Source of the DNA: Chiloscyllium plagiosum
Lineage: Eukaryota
NCBI RefSeq assembly: GCF_004010195.1
Contig: NC_057755.1
Location: forward strand, 350,399 to 414,398
Length of the DNA: 64,000 nucleotides
Direction: 5' to 3'
Positions 51,424-64,000 of the stretch are shown here, piece by piece. A program made the translations under genes and the position numbers. The stretch's first letter is position 1. Each line of letters opens with the position of its first letter. Under the pieces are notes generated by a model. The model was not told the origin of the DNA, did no database searches, and was given only the letters and a program-made list of their open reading frames with translations.

Positions 51424-54400
51424 TAATATGGCTCAGCCCCTGCAATCTAAACTAGCTCAAAGAAGCTTAGATATCACACGAAGTAAAGGGGAGACGGATG
51501 ACTAATGACGAATTTCAATTGGTGAGCATAGATTAAAAAATCCTGTCTGAGTTTATCGCCAACGAGATCGTGTCTGTTTGGAAATTAGTGATTTACCATG
51601 ACAAAGTATGATCTGTACCGTGCATGATGATCCTGAGAGCCTTACACTACTCAGGAAAACAGTCACCTATACGCAGGGCAGGGGAAATCGCATCGTGCTT
51701 CGCCAGCCTGGAAAAGGTGGAGGCCTCTGACAGGATATCGCTTACCTACCTGTGGGATGTGCTCTCTGAAATGGGCTTTCGAGGGGGAATACACTAATCA
51801 ATCCGAATGTTCAGCACCAGTGTCACTTGTACAGCCTCAATCAAGCGTTGAGAATCAGAAAGCTTTCTGATTAAATTCGGATTCAGGCCGGGATGCAGAC
51901 TGTCACCTTTCCTCTTTTATTGTTGACCTGGAGACACCAGAATAATTATTGCAATGCGTTCAGACGTTTCGTCGTCATTAACCATTGTCTACAGATTGAG
52001 AATCTCTTTACGAAGGCTCTCAATCCATCCCTGCACAACTATACATCAATTCATTATTTACATTCAGGACTGTAGTTTCCGACTTAATTTCTTCATTCTC
52101 CATCTTAATAAACAATTTGACCTAATTATGATCAATCTTCCCCAATACAAATATATAGGTAAATCTTGCTATTGCGTTGTGTCTATTGTTATGATTAGAT
52201 AGTGGAACGCCAAGCATCGGGACCTTGTAATCTTGATGGATAATCCTTTATTTGGTTATTCGAATGCGGGTTAATCGAGGTTCCTCTGTACGTTGCTCAA
52301 TGATACTATTGCATTATGTGTGTAGTTTTCTTTTGGAGAAAGAGGATTAAATCGCTACATGCTGACACCTTGTGCTCTTGCAGCAACTCAATGCTGTGAG
52401 ATATCATAAATTAATCATTTCAATGTGGTATTTCTATACAAACACCTCACATGTCATTGAAAATGATTTATAATAAAGGTGAGCTTTCGACAGTAACAGT
52501 GTCACTGAAAACATCCATTATTGAGGATCTCCTAAATATTAAAACGTAGATCTCCCGAAAAAAACTTTGCCCCTGAATCTGTGGGGAACGTGAGGGAAGT
52601 GTTTGATTCTTAAGACTATGATTCTGAAGCACAGAATCTTGATGGAGGCAGCAATGATTTTTGTTCCTTTTCTTTTTCACTCACAGATTTTCGACTTCCA
52701 GTGGCCAGCCATATTTTCGACCTAATTGTGTTTGACCCTCAACGGTTACATAATCTCCAATCAATACGGATCCGCCTAACCAAAACGACAGTGTCCTCGC
52801 GATATTTTAGACCTGACGCTGAGGCAGGCAGGAGCTGTCCAACAGCAGACGTGGGTGAGTCATTCCCTGTTCACTGCAGTGTCCTGCATATGTGCAGTGA
52901 AGAAACCTAACATAGCTGACATTTGCAGTGATGGAATAGATTGAAGGGGGATGTACAGGACAGACAGGGAGGGAATTGAACGCATAAAGATGCAAAAATG
53001 TCAACTTCATGAAATGTTTGAACGGTAGGCATTATAGTCATTAAGGCCTGTAGTGATGGGGACATGTGTCTTCGTTTGAGCACTGGTTTACTCGGGAAAA
53101 CCGAAAGTGGGAACAACATTTCATTTTTTATGTTCTCTGGCTGATAGTTTTGGATCATTCCTTGAGACACAGTATTTATAATCTACAGCAATGACTGACA
53201 TGATGAGATTATGAGCTATGTCTGCGGATATCACAATGGTAGGTGAGCCCGTAAAAGACAGAAAGAGATGGGAACGCTGAAAAAAGGAAGGACAGGTTCA
53301 GTGTGAGTGAACAAGCCATAGCCTAGCAACACATGACTTAGAAATTTGAGGCACTCTCCCTTCATTTCAGCCTTGAAAAAAGTTCAATAAATTTCTCGTT
53401 CCGTCTTTTGCCCGAAACAAAGAGGCAACAAGAAATCTTTCTGTCTATTCAATGACAGCGGTTCCCATTGTTCTCTGGAAAACTTTACTCCCCTCAGATC
53501 TTTCTGAATTCCAAGAATACAACCCAATGTTTGTGTCATGTAAGGCCCTCATCATTGAACCCTGGCTAACCACCAATAATTCTGGTCAATCGATGCTGTT
53601 CTCAAATGGACATGATCTTCCCAGACACCACTCGTTTGTTGTCGCTTCCTATCTTTAAATTCAAGTGAATGCTGTTATAACATCAAGTGTCAGCAATGGA
53701 CAAGCATAACATTGCTGACTGACTCTTTCAAAAGCATCAGTCTTGACATAACAGAGTCTAGGATGGGAAACTGCCTTAACATTGGCCATGTTCAAGAACA
53801 ACATCAGCGCATTTTCAGGGGAAGGGTAGACTGCGGGTGGGATGGAGTGGGAGCCTGAAAGTGTTAAAAGGGAACGGCCCGAGGTCCTGGTCCACATTGT
53901 CAACAGCAACGTCTGGTGGGCGAATTAACATTCAGAGTCTTGCATCTTGTCATTGATAACAACTTATTTACAAATCTATAGTCTTTGACAGCAGCCTCTC
54001 ACTGAGTTAGGTATTCAGCTTCTCAATATCCCAGACATTCACACTTTAGAATCAGCCAGGTCTCCCTGGTTGGCACAGATTAATAGCCCCAATCAGGGAT
54101 TTCATATCCAACAAGGTACAGCTGCCCTACCTTATGACAATCATTAACAGGAGAAAAAACAACGAGTTTCTGAAAGTAAAAAAGAGCAAATCGAGCAAGA
54201 AATTGAAAAGCTGATCCATGGCTGAATCCAATTGCTCATTAGGCTGAAGAACGTGTGGCTGTAATCAGTGGTTTCCGTAGAAGGGCTTTCAACATGTCAA
54301 TTTCTGGAAATGATTTTCAGGCTAGGGCGACCTGAATACTTTGTGTTTGTTTTGTTTTATTTGGATGGGGATTGCTACCCAGCTGGGCAGACATGTTCCT

Positions 54401-54940
54401 GTGGTTGTGAGTACTTAATCACATCTGTTAGACCTTTCGGAATCTGGGATAAAACTCAGTTAGGAGGGAAATGAATCTGGCCAAAAAAAGTAAATCTGTG
54501 TGTGAAAGCGGAAAGCAGCAGAATCACATTCTGGACCTGTTAAAATGCTGTGCTTCTGAAACTTAAACTTCAGGATCAAACACTTCCGTCCCGTACCTCA
54601 CAGATTTAGGGACAGGGTTCTTCCCAGCGCGTTACTAGTTGATTTTCGGGAGATCCTCAATAACATATGCGTGAGGTGATATAGTTACCGTCAAAAGTTT
54701 ACTTTTTAAATATTTTGTCTTAATGATCATGTGGGAGTTATATGTTCAGAAACAGACTGAAAGAATACATCAATATTTTGAGCTGTTCACAACCGCCCAA
54801 GAACCTAAAGCCACAATGCACATTGGAAAACGTAATCGATTACATCTCGCAGCGTTAGATTGACAGAAGAGCACAGATGTCAGCATGCAGCAATTTGTTA
54901 TTTTTTTTCCAAATGTTACGAACGCAATGTGACAGCTTTA

Positions 54941-56186
54941 ACTCATGTCTCATAAACTTGATTGAGTTTTTTGAAGAAGTAACAAAGAAGATTGATGAGA
55001 GCAGAGCAATAGATGTGATCTGTATCGACTTCAGTAAGGCGTTCGAAAAGGTTCCCAATGGAAGAATGATTAGCAAGCTTAGATCTCATGGAATACAGGG
55101 AGAACGAGCCATTTGTATACAGAACTGGCTCAAAGGTAGAAGGTGGTGTTGGAGGTTTGTTTTTCAGACTGGGCGCCTGTGACCAGTGGAGTGCCACAAG
55201 GATCGGTGCTGGGCCCTGTACTTTTTGTCATTTACATATATGATTTGGATGCGAGCATAAGAGGTAAAGTTAGTAAGTTTGCAGATGATACCAAAATTGG
55301 AGGTGTAGTGGACAGCGAAGAGGGTTACCTCAGATGACATCAGGATCTGAACCAGATTGTCCAATGGGCTGAGAAGATGCAGATGAATTTAATTCAGATA
55401 AATGCGAGGTGCTGCATTTTAGGAAAGCAAATCTTAGCAGGACTTATACACCTAATAGTAAGGTCCTAGGGAGTGTTGCTGAACAAAGACACGTTAGAGT
55501 GCAGGTTCATAGCTCCTCGAAAGTGGAGACGCAGGTAGATAGGATAGTGAAGACGGCGTTTGGTAAACTTTCCTTTATTGGTCAGACTATTGAGTACAGG
55601 AGTTGGGACGTTATATTGCGTTTGTACAGGACAGTGGTTACGCCACTGTTGGCATATTGCTTGCACTTCTGGTCTCCTTCCTATCGCAAAGAGATTGTGA
55701 AACTTGAAAGGGTTCAGAAAAGATTCACAAGGATGCTGCCAGGGTTGGAGGATCTGAGCTACAGGGAGAGGCTGAACAGGCTGGGGCTCTTTTCCCTAGA
55801 GCGTTCCAGACTGAGGGGTGACCTTATAGAGGTTTACGAAATTATGAGGGCATGGATAGGATAAATAGACAAAGTGTTTTGCGTGGGGTCAGTGAGTCCA
55901 AAACTAGAGGGCATAGGTTTAGGGTGAGAGGGGAAAGATAAAAAAGAGACCTAAGGGGCAACGTTTTCACGCAGAGGGTGGTACGTGTATGGAATGAGCT
56001 GCCAGAAGATGTGATTGCAGCACTTAAGAGGCATTTGGATGGGTATATAAATAGGAATGGTTTGGAGAGATATGGGCCGGGTGCTGGCAGGTGGGACTAG
56101 ATTAGGTTGGGATATCTTGTGGGCATGGGCAGGTTCAATCGAAGGTTCTGTTTCCATGCTGTACAACTCTATGACTCTATGACTAT
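54941..56186 (+). mobile_element. 5'-truncated CR1 LINE (copy 2)
   Basis: ORFs 54877, 55143 and 55409 with PQGSVLGP and FADD motifs; CTCTATGA tail. Confidence 0.95.
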
Positions 56187-58807
56187 ATTTAACAATATCA
56201 TTGTATTTGTGAAAAATGACCATAAAATGCTCAAATTGTTTCGTAAAATGGAGGATGAAAGAAATTGAATTTTAAACTCAGAGCCTTGAATCTAAATAAA
56301 GAGAACAAGGAATTGATGCAAAAATGGGCAAAAATGGATTGAGTTCTCAGTGGAGCGGCAATGGCAAATGAGTCAGAAACATCGCATTAAAATACTTCAA
56401 TTATTTATTCACCTCGAGGACAAGAACCAAACAGGAAAGTTGATAATGGGCAGCGCTACCTGACTCCAGGACTGTTCGGGAAACTTTCTGATTCCTACCT
56501 ATTTACTGAGACTGCTCTAACATTGTTGATGCCCATTAGGTCAATCCGTTTGCAGCTTTCGTCCCCAAAGCCAAATTTGAAGAGTTTGTCCCATGTGTTG
56601 GTGTGAGATTTCCTGTCAAAGGCCACCTGCTGGTCCAGGCTGATAAGGCAGGCTTCCAAACGCACGAAAATACAAGTAGACAATTATACCATTGAGGAGT
56701 GCAAGATTCTCAGAGAAAACCTGCCCAGGACAGTACAGATTTGTTCGGGGTGAATGACTGATCGCAAGCAGACTTGACCTCATTGGCGATGATCTCAGGC
56801 AGAATTTTGTAAATGCATTTAACAATGAAACAGGTCGTTGGATCTCCCTATCCCCTTCTAATTGGAAATGAGAGGGATGATAGCTTTCTTGCTGGTTTCA
56901 CGCAATCTACCTGTTTGAAGCATACTGTTATACACTTCCAGCATGTCCAGGCCAATCAAGTGCCACAGAGGTGAAAATAAGCGATCACCGATAGAACTTG
57001 TACTCTTTTATAAGAGCTTGAAGGCCTTTTGCAGCTCCTCCAGAGGTAATTGTTGGTGCAGACTCTCCCGTCTGCTGTTGCCCAAGACCTCCGTGTTACA
57101 GAACAGGAACAACTGGGAGGCCAAGCTGTCTATGCACTTCCTGTCATAGAGATTGGCATAAAATGATTTGCTGATCGTCAGGACGTTCTACTCGGTGGTC
57201 GTGCTCTCAGTAGAAACCCTTTTAATTCTGACTCACCCGACAATTAGCCCCAAGGCCTGGCTTCACAAAGAATCATAAATTGCTTGGTCTGTTCATTTTA
57301 CCACAAGCTGTCTCAAAGCCCACAAGTTATTCTCAGCAAACAGCTCCCACTTCACAGCTCGAAACACATTAAAAGACGACAAAGAACAAATAGTCAATGA
57401 AGGTTCTATCACCTCTGGTCCCCATCATTTCTGGTGTCTTGTTCACCTTCTCCTTTGTAATCACTGTTGGTTTTTTGAATAAGAGGTGTTCAGAGGGATA
57501 TGGGCCAAATGGGACAAATTAGGAAATCTTATCGGCATGGATGTATTTCATTTAATTCGCTTTGATAGATTTATTGTCTCATGTGTGGAAATGCAGTGAA
57601 AAGTTTTGCATATGAGCATTAGATTTTGACAGAGGCAGACAGTTTACATTGTACAGAAAGTACAAGACACATCAGCGTTAGAAAGATCATCATTACGTGG
57701 TTGAAGAGAGTCCATTCAATGATCTAAAAACGGCTGGGCAGAAGGTGTTCCTGAACCTGCTGGTGTGTGTTCAGGTTTTTGTTTCTTCTACCTGACGGAA
57801 AAAGTTATAGCGGATCATTACCGGGGTGGGACGACTCTAATGGAGTGCATAGATGGAAGGTTGACTCACGTAATGGACTTCATTGTCAGGATTTCAGACT
57901 GCGATGAGGCAGTATATTGATGCAGATAATGAATTGATTGAATGAACAGCAATTTCTGTTCTTGTTTCTGATTTAGAGTGCCCGCAGTTCTTTTGGTTAT
58001 GTTCAGCCTCTTCTACAGCCTATTACGCTGGAGGAGGTCAATCAGCAGGTGGAGGCGATGGCCTAGTTGAATTATCACTGGACTGTCAATCCAGAGACCA
58101 AGGTCATATTCTGGGGACCCGGACACAACAAATGGGTGTATTTGAATTCAATCAAAGTCTGGAATTAAATAGGCTAATGACGACCGGTTGTCGGTTCATT
58201 CATATCCTTCAGAGAGGGAAACTGCTGTCCTTCCCTGGTCAGTACTACGTGTGACTCTAGACCTACAATAATGTGGATGACCCTTAATCTGCCCTCGAGG
58301 CAATTAGGGATGGGAGATAAATGCTTATCCTAGCCAGCGACGCCCTCATTCACTGAAGGAATAAAAACAAAGCCTCTTCTTGAAACTGTACTGGAGGAAT
58401 TACAGGAGACAACTTTACTCATTTTGAGATGGCAAAGGAAAACAGCAGTAGTCCATTCATTCCCTCATTTGAGGACAAGGACAGCAGATGGATATTACGT
58501 CATTCCACACTGTTGTACTTGAAAACGACAAAGCACACTGGAAAGGAAAGATGTGAGGAATGGGAATTTGTGTGAGGTTCAATGACAATTGGATTAGGAA
58601 GGAGGAATAGTCGATGAGGTGTAGAGAAGTGATCCCAGGAGGTAATGCAGCAGGCAGGGAACTAATTGTGGCGGTGGACAGAGTGAGAGCAAAGCTCAAG
58701 GTTGAATGCTTTAAATTTGAAGGATGAAACCTTCTGTTGGTAGATCATCAGAAGGCAATGCTCTTCCCCCTCACACTGACTAGATCTAATATGGAAATCG
58801 TCCGTAT

Positions 58808-61165
58808 TAGAGTCATAGAATCAGAAAGATGTACAGCATGGAAACAGACCCTTTGGTCCAACTCGTCCATGTCGACGAGATATCCCAACCAAATCTAGTC
58901 CACCCGCCATCACCTGGCCCATATAGCTCCAAACCCTTTCTGTTCATACACGAAGCCAGATGCCATTTAAGTGGTGCATTTGGAGAAGCCTCCAACACTT
59001 CCTCTGGTAGCTCATTCCAGGGTGGTATAAAAGCTGCCCATTAGGAATCTTTTATACCTTGATCCTCTCACCCTCAAGCTATGCTCTCTAGTTTTGAGCA
59101 CCCTCACCCCAGGGAAGAGACATTGCCTATTTATCCTATCCACGCCCCTTATGAGTATATAAAACTCTTTGAGGTCACTCCTCAGCCTCAGACCCAGCCT
59201 GTTCAGTTTCTCCCTATAGCTCAAATCCTTCAGCTCTGGCAACATCCATGAAAGTCATTTCTGAACCCTTTCGCGTTTCACAACATCCTTTCAATAGGGA
59301 GGAGACCAGAATTGCACAGAATATTCCAACAGTGGTCAAATCAATTAGCTGGACAGCCACAACAAGACCTCCCAAACCTTGTACTCAATACTCTGACCAA
59401 AAAAGGGAAACACACCAAACGCCTTCTTCACTCTCCTATCCACCAGTGACTCCATTTTCAACGAGCTATGAACCTGCACTCCAAGGTCTCTTTGTTCAGC
59501 AACACTCCCTAGGACCTTATCATTAAGTGCATAAGTCCTACTATGATTTGCCTTTCCAAAATGCAGCACCTTGGATTTATCTGAATTGAACTGCATCTGC
59601 CACTTTTCAGCCCGTTGGCCCATCTGGTCAAGATCCCGTTTTAATCCGAGGTAACCTTCTTCACTGTCCACTACACCTTCAATTTTGGTGTCATCTCAAA
59701 TGTACTAACGATATTTCTTTTGCTCATATCCAAATCATGTACAAAATGACAAAAGGTAGAGGAATCAGCACCGACCCTTGCAGGACTCCTCTGGTCACAG
59801 GCCTCCAGTCAGATAAACAACCCTCCACAAACACCCTGTGTGTTCGACCTTTGATCCCGTTCTGCACCCAAATGGCTAGTTCTCCCGGTATTCCATGAGA
59901 TCTAGCTTTGTTAAGCAGTCCGCCATGAGGAACCTTGTCGTACACCATACTGAAGTCCATATGGATCACGTCCACCGCTCTGCCTTCATCAATCCTCTTT
60001 GTTACTTCTTCAAAAAAACTTAAACAAGTTTGTGAGACATGATGTTCCACGCACAAAGCCATATTGACTATCCCCAATCAGTCCTTGCTTTTCCAAGTAT
60101 ATGTACATCCTGTCCCTCAGGATTTTCTCCAACAACTTGCCCACCACTGACGTCAGACTCAAGGTCTAGTTCCCTGCTTTATTCTTAACGCCTTTCTTAA
60201 ACAGTGGCATTATATTAGCCAACATCCAGTCTACCGGCATCTCACCTGTGAATATCGTTGATGCAGATACCTCAGCAAGGGGCGAGGAATCACTTCCCTA
60301 GCTTCCAGAGGCGTTCTAGTGTTCACCTGATCCGGTCCTGGGGATTTATCCACGTTTATGCTTTTCAAGACATCCAATACTTCATCCTCTGTGATATGGA
60401 CATTTTTCAAGATTTCACCATCTATTTCCAACATCATATATCTTCCGTGTCCTTTTCCATAGTAAAAATAATGCAAAATACGCGTTTATTATCTCACACA
60501 TCTCCTGCAGCTCCACACAAAGGCCACCTTGCTGATCTTTGAGTGGGCCCTATTCTCTCCCTAGTTACTCTTTTCTCCATTACGTACTTGAAAAGCCCCT
60601 TTGGATTCTCCTTAACTCTACTTTCCAAAGTTTCTCTCTTATGTATACTCCTTGTCTTCATATTCTTCTGAGCATTAATTCGATCTACCTTGTCTATACC
60701 GGACTTATGTTTCCTTCTTTTTCTGGCTCAACTTCTCAATTTCTTTATCATTCAGCATTCCCTACACCTACCAGCCTTTCCTTTCACCCTAACTGGAAAA
60801 TACTGTCTCTGGGCTTTTGCTATCTCATTTCTGAAGATATCCCATTTTTCACCATCCCATTACCTGGGTAAATCTGCCCCCAATCAGCTTTCGAATGTTG
60901 TTGCCTAATACCGTCAAAATTAGCTTTCCTCCAATATAAAACTTCAGCTTTTCAATCTGGTCTATCCTTTTCCATCACTATTTTAAAAGTAATTGCATTA
61001 TGGTCGGTGGCCCCAAAGTGCTCCTCCAATGAAACCTCAGTCACCGGCCCTGCCTTATTTCCCAAAAGTAAGTCAAGCTTTACACCTTCTCGCGTAGGTG
61101 CATACACATACTGAATCAGAAAAGTTTCTTGTGCACACTTAACAAATTCCTATCCATCGAAACCA
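58808..61165 (-). mobile_element. CR1 LINE ~2.4 kb (copy 2)
   Basis: ORFs 59012, 59345, 59724 and 60231 are CR1 ORF2 fragments. Confidence 0.92.
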
Positions 61166-62113
61166 TATTACGTTCTATGACTCTGCACTTCATTTCTATT
61201 TTTCTCCATTGTTTAATTATCTTTATTACCTTAGATGTCATTCTTTCCCTTCTCCAGTGTTTATTTCTCTCCTGAGTACGTTGTCTTTCTTTTTTTTTCT
61301 CTCTCACTCTGTATTTAAGCCTTTACCTGTATCCCATCCTCTCTATTCACTACCTTGTATTTACACGGCACCCTATTAGTCTCTATTTAGCCTCCACTAC
61401 TATTCTTTACTCAACCCGATCGCTATCGAAATGTGATCTTCTCTATTTCCTCGTAGTTAACCATCTCTCTTCCTTTGTATTCAACCCTCACCTTTTTACT
61501 CTCTTTGCAAACCTTTTACGCATACTTTCTATTTAATCTTCTCACAATTACTCTCCTTTGGACCCGCTCGACTTCTACCACGCACTTGACAATCATAAAG
61601 CTTCAATCTGTATTCAACTTTCTCCCTATTACTCTCTAATTAGCACTCTCACTAGTTTATTTTTTCTAATCCTCCCCACTCTGGACATAACCCTCTCCAG
61701 TCCCTGCTGCACTATACTCAACGCTCTCCTCATTACTGGTACTTAGTTCTTTTTCTGTTATTCTGTGTTGACTCCCCTTCCTTTTCCCCTTAACTGAACA
61801 CTCATGTTACTCCCCTGTGTTCAACATTCTCCCTACAACTCTGTATTATATCCTCCTAAGTTCCGCAAAGGTGATAACCCATCATCAATTCTTTCTGCAT
61901 TTAGACTTGCATATTACATGACACTGACCCAGCCAGCACAAAATTGTTTCCTAGAATGAGCAGAACCCCTGACACCCCTGTTTATGTCTGTACCCATGAC
62001 ACCCTGATTGCACCAAGTTAACAACCCCATTCAGGGAACTCATATTCAATGAGTCCAGATTAGAGTGGTGCTGGAAAAGCACAGCAGATGAGGCAGCATC
62101 TGAAGAGTAGGAA

Positions 62114-62149
62114 AGTCGACGTTTCGGGAAAAATCCCTTCATCAGGACT
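62114..62149 (-). ncRNA. Minimal hammerhead ribozyme motif (copy 2)
   Basis: Identical to 25737-25772. Confidence 0.7.
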
Positions 62150-63010
62150 AGAGGCAGAGTGCCTCCATCGAATAATTACATCTTCTCAAGTGCAACAACT
62201 CGCCGTTTTGTAATATAGCGCCCAGAACAACCCCAGGTATGCTAAAAACAGTCCAACAAATGCCCCACAGTTGATGAATGTTAACACTTTGAAACTCAAT
62301 TCCCTTTTTCGAAACGAACACCTTTCCTTTGTTTGCAATGATATGGTCTTGTGCGGGAAGAAAGCTGTGTTGATGTTGTGAGTCCAGTGACCCATGTTCA
62401 TATGAAGATATTCTGATTAAAATTGATTCCAGTAACACGGTGTCTCTTTCCGCAGATGCTGCCATACCTGCTGAGTTTCGCCAGTTACGTTTGTTTCTGT
62501 TTTATGCTTCCAGCATATATGGCTCTTTCATTAACCTGATCACAATATTTCAGTTCCCAACCAGCATCCCAGCAGCAATTCTTTGAATTACAGAACCCAA
62601 CCAAGAGGTCCTTCTGTCCATCAAGTTGGTGTTTTCAAAGGTGTGAAAAATCAACTCTTGCCCCAGATTTCAGCACTATACTATCCAGGTAACGTCCGAG
62701 GCATTGAATTATAAGATCCACCTCACTCTCTCGTTGAAAGGCTTTTCCCGCAATCCCGTCTAAACCGCTTACTTTTTACCTTGAAAATTATGACCCCTTC
62801 TCGTCCATCAACTGCATCCGCCAATTAGTTAAATATAGCACTAAGCAGCTTTAAAATGAGTCAGACCTGGAGCTGTCATTTTAAAACGTGACATCTAAAG
62901 TCTCCCAACTGACCCGGTAGGTGCTAAGACCTTCCATTGTTCTCTGGACAGATGGGGAGATGGTTTGTTTAGTAATTTCCAATTTCCCTTTTACCTTCTG
63001 TCTTTTTCAG

Positions 63011-63891
63011 TTAATTTACTGATGAGTTTGGTTCTTTCACGGGAAAAGTACGGCCTCTCTAACTGAACAAAACGCTGCCCGTTCAACTATTCATTCTCAC
63101 GAACATCAAACTCAAACTCAAACACGTTTACTACCCAAGGGTGCTTCCTTGACCTCATCCCTGTGTCCTGTGCTATCTTTGTCTTGGTTAGTGCAGCCAC
63201 AGACTGGTCCGTCTGTTTCACTGTTCTTTTCTTCTTTGATCGTTTTATGGCCATTTGCCGCCTGAAAAAGAGGAGAAAATATTAGACAAAGAATGCCTTG
63301 GCTGTGGATCTGGCTGCCATTGGCATTCTGCTCTCTTCAAAAACCATTCCCTTCTACTTTAGGTATCTACCTGGAAGGATAATTTGCAATGTTCAATGGT
63401 CGGGTTGAAGTAAGTCAAGTTGTTTTACAGGTAGCTGGGGATTTAGTGATTGATAAAAATTTAACCCCTTTCCTCCCATTCGTGTTAATTCTGTCGATGA
63501 ACACTCTGACGGTCAGATACATTTCAGTGGCCAGTAGAGTCAGCAAGAGCCTGAGGGGCCAGAGAAAGTGAGAGAATCACACAGACACAGAGATGGTGAG
63601 CCGGAGGAAGTCTGTGATTTCCCTCTTCACCACATCCATCAGCTTTTACTTCTATGTGTCGTGTACGGTGCAAATTTCTTATAATACATCATGAATGGAA
63701 CAACTGTAAATAAGTACAGAGGTTCTCAGAAGAGTTTTCTGTTCGTCGGAGAAATGCTGATGGATTTCAGCTGCAGCACGAACACATTATTTTATGCAGC
63801 GACTCTGCCCATGTTCAGAGCGAAGTTCAGGAATGCTGTGCAACAACTAGTCACGCAAATTCTTCATTTAATGACTCAGCGAAACAACTGA
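63011..63891 (+). pseudogene. GPR139-like GPCR pseudogene, main coding exon (copy 2)
   Basis: Acceptor tctttttcag| then (V)NLLMSLVLSREKYGLSN*. FDRFMAIC; ORF 63389 DKNLTPFLPFVLILSMNTLTVRYISVASRVSKSLRGQRK; ORF 63691 FSCSTNTLFYAAT. Confidence 0.88.
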
Positions 63892-64000
63892 GAGAGCTCC
63901 AGAGGCAGCTGCAGTGGTCCCAGTGCAGAAATTGCATATGTCCGACCAGGATTCCATCAGCACAATCACATGAACTTAGTATAACACCCATCTGTGGATG

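Larger units (their letters stand above)
40409..64000 (+). repeat. Segmental duplication, copy 2 (truncated by the gap and the window end)
   Basis: Starts AATGAAAGGGTTAGCCC (=3675) and ends CATCTGTGGATG (=27632). Confidence 0.97.

Overview
Eukaryotic, repeat-dense, gene-poor DNA, most likely from a shark or related elasmobranch. That call is inferred from an HE1-type V-SINE, CR1/HER1-type LINEs with (CTCTATGA)n tails, Penelope-type termini and a GPR139-like receptor typical of the cartilaginous-fish expansion. I can support no intact protein-coding gene. Nearly all listed ORFs are LINE fragments, their antisense frames, or low-complexity sequence. The window has three layers of duplication. 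(1) A recent direct duplication of at least 24 kb: 3675-27632 recurs at 40409-64000, just after a 500-N gap. (2) Inside each copy, an old, diverged palindrome of about 19 kb (arms about 7100-16050 and 17660-25680), whose inner ends carry mirrored exon-like cassettes. (3) An old direct duplicate of part of the left arm at about 33125-35300. Each recent copy ends in a GPR139-like 7TM pseudogene exon carrying the same lesions. Three distinct families of short Penelope-type termini each carry a minimal hammerhead-ribozyme motif with covarying helix II and a palindromic helix III. Two of these are discrete insertions with 12-15 bp target-site duplications. The unique middle segment holds TG-rich low-complexity DNA, a probable solo LTR, and a CpG-island promoter followed by a ~30-bp minisatellite. 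All alignments were done by eye, so element boundaries are approximate.
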